From NCBI GenBank assembly GCA_002269645.1, contig NIVC01001520.1, positions 62,001-126,000 of the forward strand: DNA of 64,000 bases, read 5' to 3'. This document shows positions 53,901 to 64,000 of this stretch, piece by piece (positions within the stretch are counted from its first letter, which is position 1; every line of letters begins with the position of its first letter). The stretch comes from Macrostomum lignano (lineage: Eukaryota). Position numbers and translations under genes: made by a program. The notes beneath the pieces are model-generated. The model was not told where the DNA came from. It was given only the letters and a program-made list of their open reading frames with translations, and did not search any database.

Positions 53901-56900
53901 ATATCAATATCCTATTTCTTGTCTTTTTTACAAATAAAGAAATCAATGGAGCATTTCTTTACTAAACATAACAATTAGAAAAAAAAACAATCGCTTTTTT
54001 GTCTTTTGAAACTCTCAATAGCAATCGGGCCCGGTCAAGGTTTGTGTCTTATCTCAGGTCTTATCTCTATTCTTTCCTCTCTTCCCTGTCCTTTTTCTCT
54101 CCTCTTCTCTTCTCTCCCCCCTATTATTTCCTCTTTCACTTCTTCCCTCCTCATCTGCGTTACTTTGAGCACTCTTTCCTCTCCCCCTTTTTCTTCCCTC
54201 TTCCTCTTTTATCTCCTCTCTTCTCTGTTATTTCTGCTCTATCCTCTCCCCCCCTCTTCTCACATCCCATCTTTCATCTCATCCCTCCTTAAATCTCCTC
54301 TATCGCCTCTTTTCTCTTCAGGCAGTTCGACGGGCCGAAAAATGCTTGATTTTCTTCCTACTGTTTGAATGGTCCTATAGTTCTGTAAGAAAACTTCATG
54401 CACTTCATGCAGTCACGTGACTAACAAGAATGAATGGCACAGTTCGATTATTTAAGCCAATAAGCTACAACAGACCTTGTACCGACAGTCGGGCCGGCCG
54501 GGCTCCCGAACCAGCCGGCGTAGCCAGGCCAACAGTCTGGCCTGTTGGGTATCGTTAAACGCTGTATAAGCTATCAGAGCAAAGGCTACGCACACAGCCG
54601 TTAATCCGCCAGTTGCATCCGGCCCAGCCGATGTCAACAGTTCGGCGAGGGCGGCCAGCTCCGATTCGGTCAAAGCCGGTTGAGTTGGCGCGTGGCAGTG
54701 CAGTACAGCGTAAAGCTTCACTAGCTGACTGGCTAGGATGACAGCCGCAGGCGAGGAGGCGATAGCACTAGCCGATGCAACCGAGCGCAACTCGGCCAGT
54801 AGATCTGGTCGACAAGCGGCTAGGAATGCCGGACCAGGCGATGTTGGAGACTGTTGCCGTTGCTGCTGCTGCTGTCGTCCGCCAGACGCGGCGGCTGTGA
54901 CGGCCGCTAGAAACCAGGCCCGCGTGTCTGGCGACTCGTGCATCAATAAGCGACGCAGAGCGGCTGGCCTAGCGGCTGGCGGAGTAGCCCGGGTCAGCAG
55001 GCCGGCCAGCAGGTCCGGATAGCGCCGCTCTGAGGCGCACATCTCGGCTAGCCAAGCGGACTGGCCGGGATCCAACTCGGCCAGGCTGAGGGCCCAACGG
55101 ATTGGCCGGCCGGGACCGCAGGCCAGCAGCTGACGGACGAGGCTGCGCCAGGCGGCCGGCTGCAGAGCGGCCAAGTGTTGAAGTAGGCGACGGCCTCGGC
55201 GCAAGCGTAGAAGGCCGGGCAGAAGGCGGCGGGGCGGCAGGAGGTCCGGCAGGCGATGATTGACAGCGACTAGGGTGGCCAGGCAGTGGTGGAACAGCAG
55301 CTCGGAGTCGGCCAGCTCGGTGGCCGCCGGGCTGTCATTGCTGTCTGAGCTGTTGTCGTCGGCTGGCGACGTAGCAACGGCGACGGCAGAGTTGAAGGCG
55401 TCGAAGCCGCGAGCTTCCGCGGTGCGAACGGCCACTAGGATGTCTCTGTAGTGTTTTTGAAGGAATTGAATTTGGAAGCTGAACTGAAAAACTGAGTACA
55501 TTTAGTGTGTGCCCATTTTCCTAAGAAAATTATAAAATTAGGGCCGATTTTGGCATGATTAAAACGATAAACAATGAAGATTAGCAAGGATAACCAAGGC
55601 TGATTAGCAAGGATAATCAATGGAGATTGGCAAGGATAATCAATGGAGATTGGCAAGGATAATCAATGGAGATTGGCAAGGATAATCAATGGAGATTGGC
55701 AAGGATAATCAATGATGATTGGCAAGGATAATCAAGGCCGATTGGCAAGGATAATCCATGATGATTGGCAAGGATAATCAAGACCGATTGGCAAGGATAA
55801 TCAAGGATGATTGGCAAGGATAATCAAGGCCGATTGGCAAGGATAATCAATGATGATTGGGAAGGATAATCAATGACGATTGGCAAGGATAATCAATGAT
55901 GATTGGGAAGGATAATCAATGACGATTGGCAAGGATAATCAATGACGATTGGCAAGGATAATCAATGACGATTGGCAAGGATAATCAATGATGATTGGGA
56001 AGGATAATCAAGGATGATTGGCAAGGATAATCAATGGAGATTGGCAAGGATAATCAATGACGATTGGGAAGGATAATCAAGGATGATTCGGAAGGATAAT
56101 CAAGGATGATTGGCAAGGATAATCAAGGATGATTCGGAAGGATAATCAATAATGATTGGCAAGGATAATCAAGGATGATTGGCAAGGATAATCAAGGATG
56201 ATTCGGAAGGATAATCAAGGATGATTGGCAAGGATAATCAAGGATGATTGGGAAGGATAATCAAGGATGATTGGCAAGGATAATCAAGGATGATTGGGAA
56301 GGATAATCAAGGATGATTGGCAAGGATAATCAAGGATGATTGGCAAGGATAATCAAGGATGATTGGGAAGGATAATCAAGGATGATTGGGAAGGATAATC
56401 AAGGATGATTGGCAAGGATAATCAAGGATGATTGGGAAGGATAATCAAGGATGATTGGGAAGGATAATCAAGGATGATTAAGAAGGATAATCAAGGATGA
56501 TTGGCAAGGATAATCAAGGATGATTGGCAAGGATAATCAAGGATGATTGGCAAGGATAATCAATGATGATTGGGAAGGATAATCAATGACGATTGGCAAG
56601 GATAATCAATGACGATTGGCAAGGATAATCAAGGATGATTGGGAAGGATAATCAAGGATGATTGGCAAGGATAATCAATGGAGATTGGCAAGGATAATCA
56701 ATGACGATTGGGAAGGATAATCAAGGATGATTCGGAAGGATAATCAAGGATGATTGGCAAGGATAATCAATGGAGATTGGCAAGGATAATCAAGGATGAT
56801 TCGGAAGGATAATCAATAATGATTGGCAAGGATAATCAAGGATGATTGGCAAGGATAATCAAGGATGATTCGGAAGGATAATCAAGGATGATTGGCAAGG

Positions 56901-58616
56901 ATAATCAAGGATGATTGGGAAGGATAATCAAGGATGATTGGCAAGGATAATCAAGGATGATTGGCAAGGATAATCAAGGATGATTGGCAAAGATAATCAA
57001 GGATGATTGGCAAGGATAATCAAGGATGATTGGCAAAGATAATCAAGGATGATTGGGAAGGATAATCAAGGATGATTGGCAAGGATAATCAAGGATGATT
57101 GGCAAGGATAATCAAGGATGATTGGGAAGGATAATCAAGGATGATTGGCAAGGATAATCAAGGATGATTGGCAAGGATAATCAAGGATGATTGGGAAGGA
57201 TAATCAAGGATGATTGGGAAGGATAATCAAGGATGATTGGGAAGGATAATCAAGGATGATTGGGAAGGATAATCAATGATGATTGGGAAGGATAATCAAG
57301 GATGATTGGGAAGGATAATCAAGGATGATTGGGAAGGATAATCAAGGATGATTGGCAAGGATAATCAAGGATGATTGGCAAGGATAATCAAGGATGATTG
57401 GCAAGGATAATCAAGGATGATTGGGAAGGATAATCAAGGATGATTGGCAAGGATAATCAAGGATGATTGGGAAGGATAATCAAGGATGATTGGAAGGATA
57501 ATCAAGGATGATTGGGAAGGATAATCAAGGATGATTGGCAAGGATAATCAAGGATGATTGGCAAGGATAATCAATGATGATTGGCAAGGATAATCAAGGA
57601 TGATTGGGAAGGATAATCAAGGATGATTGGGAAGGATAATCAAGGATGATTGGCAAGGATAATCAAGGATGATTGGCAAGGATAATCAAGGATGATTGGC
57701 AAGGATAATCAAGGATGATTGGGAAGGATAATCAAGGATGATTGGGAAGGATAATCAAGGATGATTGGGAAGGATAATTAATGATGATTGGGAAGGATAA
57801 TCAAGGATGATTGGGAAGGATAATCAAGGATGATTGGGAAGGATAATCAAGGATGATTGGCAAGGATAATCAAGGATGATTGGCAAGGATAATCAATGGA
57901 GATTGGCAAGGATAATCAATGGCGATTAGCAAGGATAATCAAAGACGATTGACAAGGATAATTAATGGAGATTGGCAAGGATAACCAATGGCAAGGATAG
58001 TAAGGGTTGATTATTCAAATATAATCGAGACAACTTCGAAAAAAGAATATTTTAATAGTTTTGAAGAATAAAAAACACTAACAAAAATTGTCAAAAATAT
58101 CAATGAGCATGTAAAATAACAACGCGAATCGCCTCACCGAAGCAACATCCTGGCCTGCTGGTCCGGCCGGTCGCAGGATTCGAACTCGCCACTGGACGCG
58201 GCTGACGGCCAGACCACGGAGACGAAATCGCCAATCAGGCCGCACTTATCGACAACCCGCCGCTCCAGGTCCACCTTAGCGTCGTGCCCGATGGCATCAA
58301 ATTCTACGCTATAATGCAAGGAATTGGCATAGTCAAGCACGTGACCGAAATGTAAGCTATTCGCTTCCGGTTGGCAGGCTGCCAATAGTTCGGCCAGATC
58401 TAGCCGGTCCCGATGCCAGGATAGCAGCGGCGCCAAGGCCAGCAGCTCAGATTCGGACCAACTCGCAACTAGACGGCCGCACCGAACAGCTCGATAGAGT
58501 TTGGCAAAGTTGCAGTCTTCGTCGCCGCCGCTAGCCGAATTGAAATTGCTATTGTAATAACTGCCAGCACTGTGCGGTTGCCGGTTCGCTTCGCAACCAT
58601 TCGAAGATGGCTGCAT
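47940..58616 (-). CDS. INTS2: Integrator complex subunit 2
   Basis: Exons 58138-58616, 54476-55445, 53416-53769, 52531-53055, 51310-51714, 49734-50345, 47940-48272, phases 2,0,0,0,0,0, totalling 1225 aa. Recognisable blocks LTPQLLMLYYVL, LWLRLYQLMPRRL, HLPAHCVLQLL and IPSMHICLDFI. Confidence 0.9.
48595..49710. repeat. 35-bp minisatellite (ATAGCTGGTTTGGGTGGCCAGATCATGGAAGGGTC)n, INTS2 intron 6
   Basis: Direct reading. Confidence 0.97.
50505..50690. repeat. ~56-bp tandem repeat, 3-4 copies, INTS2 intron 5
   Basis: CGGTTTATTGTCTGCGACTCTGAAA at 50512, 50569 and 50625, partial at 50681. Confidence 0.88.
51787..52470. repeat. 25-bp minisatellite (GGGGGCAGTCACCGAATGACCGGAT)n, INTS2 intron 4
   Basis: Direct reading. 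Confidence 0.97.
53105..53325. repeat. 29-31-bp minisatellite (TCTCACCAAACTAAGCACTCAATCGATA-like), INTS2 intron 3
   Basis: About 7 copies. Confidence 0.92.
54060..54320. repeat. CT-rich low-complexity tract, INTS2 intron 2
   Basis: Direct reading. Confidence 0.8.
55585..57990. repeat. 23-bp minisatellite (CAAGGATAATCAAGGATGATTGG)n, about 2.4 kb, INTS2 intron 1
   Basis: Direct reading. The unit is itself a near-dimer of CAAGGATRAT. Confidence 0.97.
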
Positions 58617-58717
58617 AATAATTGCCCGCTGTAACAAAAGAAAAGAGCCGAATGCCTTTTTTACATTCTGTAGATGGTTTTACATCAGAGTGCACTTCCC
58701 TTATCAAACAGTTGGAA

Positions 58718-58895
58718 ATACCTATTCGGATAAATGGGGAACTCCCCTGTCATCAAAGATAACAGCTACCTATTCGGATAAATGGGGAATTCCCCTGTCA
58801 TCAAAGATAACAGCTACCTATTCGGATAAATGAGGAATTCCCCTATCATCAAAGATAACAGCTACCTATTCGGATAAATGGGGGATTCCCCTATC
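58718..58895. repeat. 48-bp tandem repeat, 3-4 copies, in the NAA50-INTS2 spacer
   Basis: TACCTATTCGGATAAATGGGGAATTCCCCTGTCATCAAAGATAACAGC repeated. Each unit contains a GGGGAATTCCCC palindrome or a variant of it. Confidence 0.9.
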
Positions 58896-59169
58896 ATTCT
58901 AAATACCCTCTAAAGAATCGAGAACCCCCAGAAGGAAGCAAATATCAAGTCAAAATGTAACCAAAACTCGTACTATAATAAAAGCCTATGTATTATAAAG
59001 GCTTAAGTATTATTAATTAGGTTAATATATTGTACTTAAAGGACCATTCAAAATAACTGGATGACAAAGGTTTATAAAAAGCAGATTAAGCGCAGTTACA
59101 ATATAAATAGTCTAATTTAATAGTAGTCCATATATAATTAACTAACAGAGACGTAAATCAACGAAGGCT

Positions 59170-61340
59170 TCAACTGCGCAATAGATTCTTCTGCAGCACG
59201 TAGGCGTCCGGTGGCACAATTCGCTTATAATAGTTATACGCCGTATCGACAATTTCAAAGCCGAATTTCTTATAGAACGCCAGAGCGCCTTCGTTGCTAG
59301 TCTGCACGTGCAAAAATATATTGTCAATATTTTTATCTCGCGAACATATTTCGAACACGTATTCTAATAATTTAGTGCCGACGCCCAGCTCCCGGTAGGG
59401 CGCCAGGCAGCCCAGCGTCATGATGTACAGCCGGCGCTGCCCAGCCTCCGATTGGATGCGGCAGCAGACTGCGCCGACAACGATATCGTTGAAGTAGGCC
59501 AGTCGGCCCAGTTCGCCGTTCTCCAAAATGTCGTCGTAGAACTTGTCGGTGTAGGAAACTGGGAACACAACCTGGGTTTGAGTGTTGGAATTTGCTCAAG
59601 TTTCTCATTACCATGGTAACAAGATTCTGCTGATAATTAGCTAAAGCACTCGGAAATATTGATTATCCAGGCACTCGGCAATATTAATGATTATCCATGC
59701 ACTCAGCAATTTTAATGATTATCCAGGCACTCGGCAATATTAATGATTATCCAGGCACTCGGCAATTTTAATGATTATCCATGCACTTGGCAATTTTAAT
59801 GATTATCTAGGCACTCAGCAATTTTAATGATTATCCAGGCACTCGGCAATATAATTGATTATCCATGCACTCGGCAATTTTAATGATTATCCATGCACTC
59901 GGCAATTTTAATGATTATCCAGGCACTTGGCAATTTTAATGATTATCTAGGCACTCAGCAATTTTAATGATTATCTAGGCACTTGGCAATTTTAATGATT
60001 ATCCAGGCACTCGGCAATTTTAATGATTATCCAGGCACTCGGCAATTTTAATGATTATTTAGGAACTCGGCAATTTTAATGATTATTCAGGCACTCGGCA
60101 ATATTAATGATTATCCAGGCACTCGGCAATTTTAATGATTATCCAGGCACTCGGCAATTTTAATGATTATCCAGGAACTCGGCAATCTTAATGATTATCC
60201 AGGCACTCGGCAATCTTAATGATTATCCAGGCACTTGGCAATCTTAATGATTATCCAGGCACTCGGCAATCTTAATGATTATTTAGGAACTCGGCAATTT
60301 TAATGATTATCTAGGCACTTGGCAATCTTAATGATTATCCAGGCACTTGGCAATCTTAATGATTATCCAGGCACTCAGCAATCTTAATGATTATTTAGGA
60401 ACTTGGCAATTTTAATGATTATCTAGGCACTCAGCAATTTTAATGATTATCCAGGCACTCGGCAATATTAATGATTATCCAGGAACTCGGCAATCTTAAT
60501 GATTATCCAGGCACTCGGCAATCTTAATGATTATCCAGGCACTCGGCAATATTAATGATTATCCAGGCACTCGGCAATCTTAATGATTATCCAGGAACTC
60601 GGCAATCTTAATGATTATCCAGGCACTCGGCAATCTTAATGATTATCCAGGCACTTGGCAATCTTAATGATTATCCAGGCACTCGGCAATCTTAATGATT
60701 ATTTAGGAACTCGGCAATTTTAATGATTATCTAGGCACTTGGCAATCTTAATGATTATCCAGGCACTTGGCAATCTTAATGATTATCCAGGCACTCGGCA
60801 ATCTTAATGATTATTTAGGAACTCGGCAATTTTAATGATTATCTAGGCACTCAGCAATTTTAATGATTATCCAGGCACTCGGCAATCTTAATGATTATCC
60901 AGGCACTCGGCAATCTTAATGATTATCCAGGCACTCGGCAATTTTAATGATTATCCAGGCACTCAGCAATCTTAATGATTATCCAGGCACTCGGCAATCT
61001 TAATGATTATCCAGGCACTCGGCAATTTTAATGATTATCCAGGCACTCAGCAATCTTAATGATTATTTGGGCACTCGGCAATTTTAATGATTTTATCCGA
61101 GCACTTGACAATCTGATTATTCAGGCGCTCTTAAATCTGAATGATTATCCAAGCACTCGGTAGCATTCAAAGCATTTAACCTACCTGGTTGATAATTCTC
61201 AACTGCCTAATATTGTGCTGAGTGATGTCACCCAGTTCGATGCGACTGTCACTAGGCAGCTTGGATTGTTTGCAAGAATTGACATTAGCAGTGTTTTGTT
61301 CAATAGAAACTGCTTCATCAGAGTGAACTACTGATACCAT
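59170..61340 (-). CDS. NAA50: N-alpha-acetyltransferase 50 (NatE catalytic subunit, GNAT)
   Basis: Exons 61185-61340 (MVSVVHS...SRIELGDITQHNIRQLRIINQ) and 59170-59571 (VVFPVSYTDKFY, AYFNDIVVGAVCCR, LYIMTLGCLAPYR, LHVQTSN, NYYKRI), joined in phase 0. Confidence 0.95.
59660..61160. repeat. 28-bp minisatellite (TGATTATCCAGGCACTCGGCAATTTTAA)n, NAA50 intron
   Basis: Direct reading. Higher-order block duplication between about 60175 and 60595. Confidence 0.97.
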
Positions 61341-62888
61341 TGAGTTAGCTTTATCATCAACATATTATAGTTAAATATTTTTTATAAGCTATTGTAGGCA
61401 AATGGTCTAGGAATCTATATTGACAGATTCAATCATTACTATTGGGCCTAATATATAGAAATCATATAAAAGAGCTTCAATTCCAAATGAGATGTCAAAA
61501 TAAGCCAATTAGATCATTAATGTATATAAAATAAATCTTATATATTAAAAACAATTAGGAGCTATTAATTAATATATTATATTTAGCCTGTGTACGCCCT
61601 AACATTTATTGTACTTATTATAATATTTTTTAATTTTGTAAATATTTTTATATTTTTAATGAAGTAAAAACAAAATTAAAAACCCCTACAAATAAAAAAT
61701 GTTAACTTGTTTTTATCTTAATTAAGGAAAATTGATCATTTTAAATAGTTATAGTCATTGATAATTATTATCAAAATCGTCATAGAAATAAATGAATTTA
61801 GCTTTTTAAGTTCTCTTATCTATTGATTTTTTTGTAATTTTTACTATTTTAACCAATTCCTTTAATTCCCCTTTCCTTTTATAATAGAAAGTATTGGGAA
61901 AGTTACCATGAAAATGTAACTTCCAGTTAAGTACCTTTTAGTTTCAAGGAAAGTTATTTCTAGTACTTTTTCTAGTACCAATGCTTTTTAAAAAATAACT
62001 TATGGTACTTCCATCACTGGTCCTTTCTAATTTTAAAGAACTACCAATTACAAAGTGCTTAAACATTTCTTTGTTAATAAACATGTGTTGGTCTAGAGTT
62101 AAACATGTGGTTATTGTTAAACTAAATAAAATAGTTATTTTTGCATCGAAAATTTGAATGATTTAATAAAAACTTTTAGAAAATAATGATTTGCAATATA
62201 TCAACATGCTACATTTGTGATTTGCAAAAAAAGATTTGGAGGCCAATTTTCTAATGTTGATTCTGACTGTTTAGAAGTATATATAGAGATAATTTTTGGT
62301 CAATAGGTATGTCAATATGTAGAATGTAGGTATGTAGAATATTTCAGCTAACTTAGTTTATGTGGGTCATTCTTGTAGCTTTACAAATGCTTTTACTACA
62401 GCACTTATAGTAGTATAAGCATACTTTTATACTGCTAACTCATTTAGAATCAAAGATAATCTTCTAGCAGCCTTTAAAATAACAGTTAATAATTAAGAAA
62501 AAGGTTAGGATAGCTACCAGTATAGTAAATGGCTACAATTTGATAGATAGACAAATGCATAAGACATTAAATAATTTGATTAATGCCTTTTACAATAGAA
62601 AATTATAAGTATAGCCTCAAAGGAGAAGAGTAAACAGTCATAAAACATTCTTAGAATATATGCACTTGTCCTGTACAAACATTGAAATTAAGAAATACCC
62701 TCCAAAAATTTCCTACAAATCATAAGTATAGCATTATAATATAGCCCTATTGCTAGTGGCCCTTATTAGAAAACTTGCAAGGAATTGTTAAGCAATGATT
62801 TTAATTCTTTAAATTCTCTTGTTTTTATATTAGTTAGATTTAACAAAAAAATTTATAAACACAAATCAAATAAAGAACAAAATGAGAA

Positions 62889-63287
62889 GGCAGCTGTTAT
62901 TTGTTTGGTTACTGGATGAATAGCAATGTGGTTATTTGTCTAGTTATTGGATAATGACCATGCTTTCCTATTCATCCGGTTAATACTAGACAAATAGGCA
63001 TTTTGTTATTTGTACGGTTAAATTGATAATGCTAAAATATCTATTTCACAGAAACTACAAGGGTAAATATTCCTAGACTACAGACTTCTTACTCATATCT
63101 TGATTATTATGTTGTTATACACCAATATTGCGTGTGTCTTATATACCAAATTATGCCAAATCAAATACATTGCTTTGTTTACACTACTGATACAAAAAAA
63201 TAATCAGTATATGAGAAAGGTCTTTTCTTATATACTGATTAATATTTTCTTAATTAGGCCTAGTCTAGTCGACAAATAACAATTGCC
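62889..63287. mobile_element. 399-bp MITE with GGCA-start TIRs and 9-bp TSD, probably Merlin-type
   Basis: Left GGCAGCTGTTATTTGT versus reverse complement of right GGCAATTGTTATTTGT (14/16), with exact TSD AAATGAGAA on both sides. Confidence 0.8.
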
Positions 63288-64000
63288 AAATGAGAATAGG
63301 CCTACTTATTAATCATAGAAAATTTAATTGAATGCCATTTTTAGGGCTGCAAAGTTAAGTGTATAGTGCATCAAAGCCTGAAGATATTGCCTATCTTCAG
63401 CTAAAAAAATGTTCATTATTATATTATATTGGATTTGCATTTTACACGTAGGCCTACTTTTTATGCTAAAACTTACTTATTTTATAACTTACTTCTGCTA
63501 AAACTTACTAAACTTAAGGCCTACTTACTTAAAAAGCCTATATTTTTGGGTGCCATATTTTTTTAAAAAGCCATTTCTATAAAAAATATAACATTGTTTG
63601 ATATGCTCATGGTTATGGCTATTATCCTGACCTAATAATAAATGAAAGCCACATAAATATTTTTAAAGTTTTTTTCTTTATCTATGAATTATTTTTGCTT
63701 TTCTTTCTAGTTTATAATATATTGTTTTTATTTATTCTTTGTAATAAAAGTTATTCATTTGGCAAATGATTTGCAAAAAACTATTCTTTATAAGTTTATA
63801 CAAATTTGCTTTTTATAGGCCTAGGCCAAAAAAATATTATTTATTAAAGGTGAACTTTACTTGCATGATTTTCTTACATAGATCTCTGCAATTTATGCCC
63901 CGGACTCGGACTATAAATTGCATTTTTTATCTTAGGCCTAGGCCTATGCTCAAAAAATACTAGGGCCTAAGATTAAGAAACCTTAGTCCTTATCTCAGTA

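Noticed and set aside
61990-62025. GTACTTCCATCACTG as a hAT right TIR
   Set aside because: No matching left TIR or TSD was found, so it is at most a fragment.

Overview
Eukaryotic (metazoan) genomic window with GT-AG introns, GC-rich exons and AT-rich intergenic DNA. The gene style and minisatellite-packed introns suggest a free-living flatworm such as Macrostomum; this is an inference, not confirmed. Six conserved genes were assembled by hand, with splice phases checked: the 3' part of XPR1 (+), a Y-box cold-shock protein (+), TMEM184 (+), and a co-directional minus-strand run NAA50, INTS2, PRPF6. Three orphan genes are also present: a single-exon secreted protein, a single-exon 4-TM protein, and a multi-exon type-I receptor (signal peptide, fucolectin/discoidin-like domain, Ig-like domain, TM, Tyr-motif tail). 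Most larger internal introns hold their own private minisatellite. DNA transposons with visible TIRs and target-site duplications (Tc1-like, Merlin, hAT, MULE-like) cluster in promoter and first-intron zones. Top leads: (1) PRPF6 has no in-frame ATG upstream of its conserved N-terminus but has a phase-0 acceptor there, as expected if a flatworm spliced leader supplies the AUG, possibly within an NAA50-INTS2-PRPF6 operon; (2) the orphan lectin-Ig receptor; (3) a 1-nt frameshift in PRPF6; (4) a strongly enriched TAGGCCTA palindrome. No rRNA, tRNA or CRISPR features were seen. Most long ORFs in the supplied track are translations of tandem repeats.
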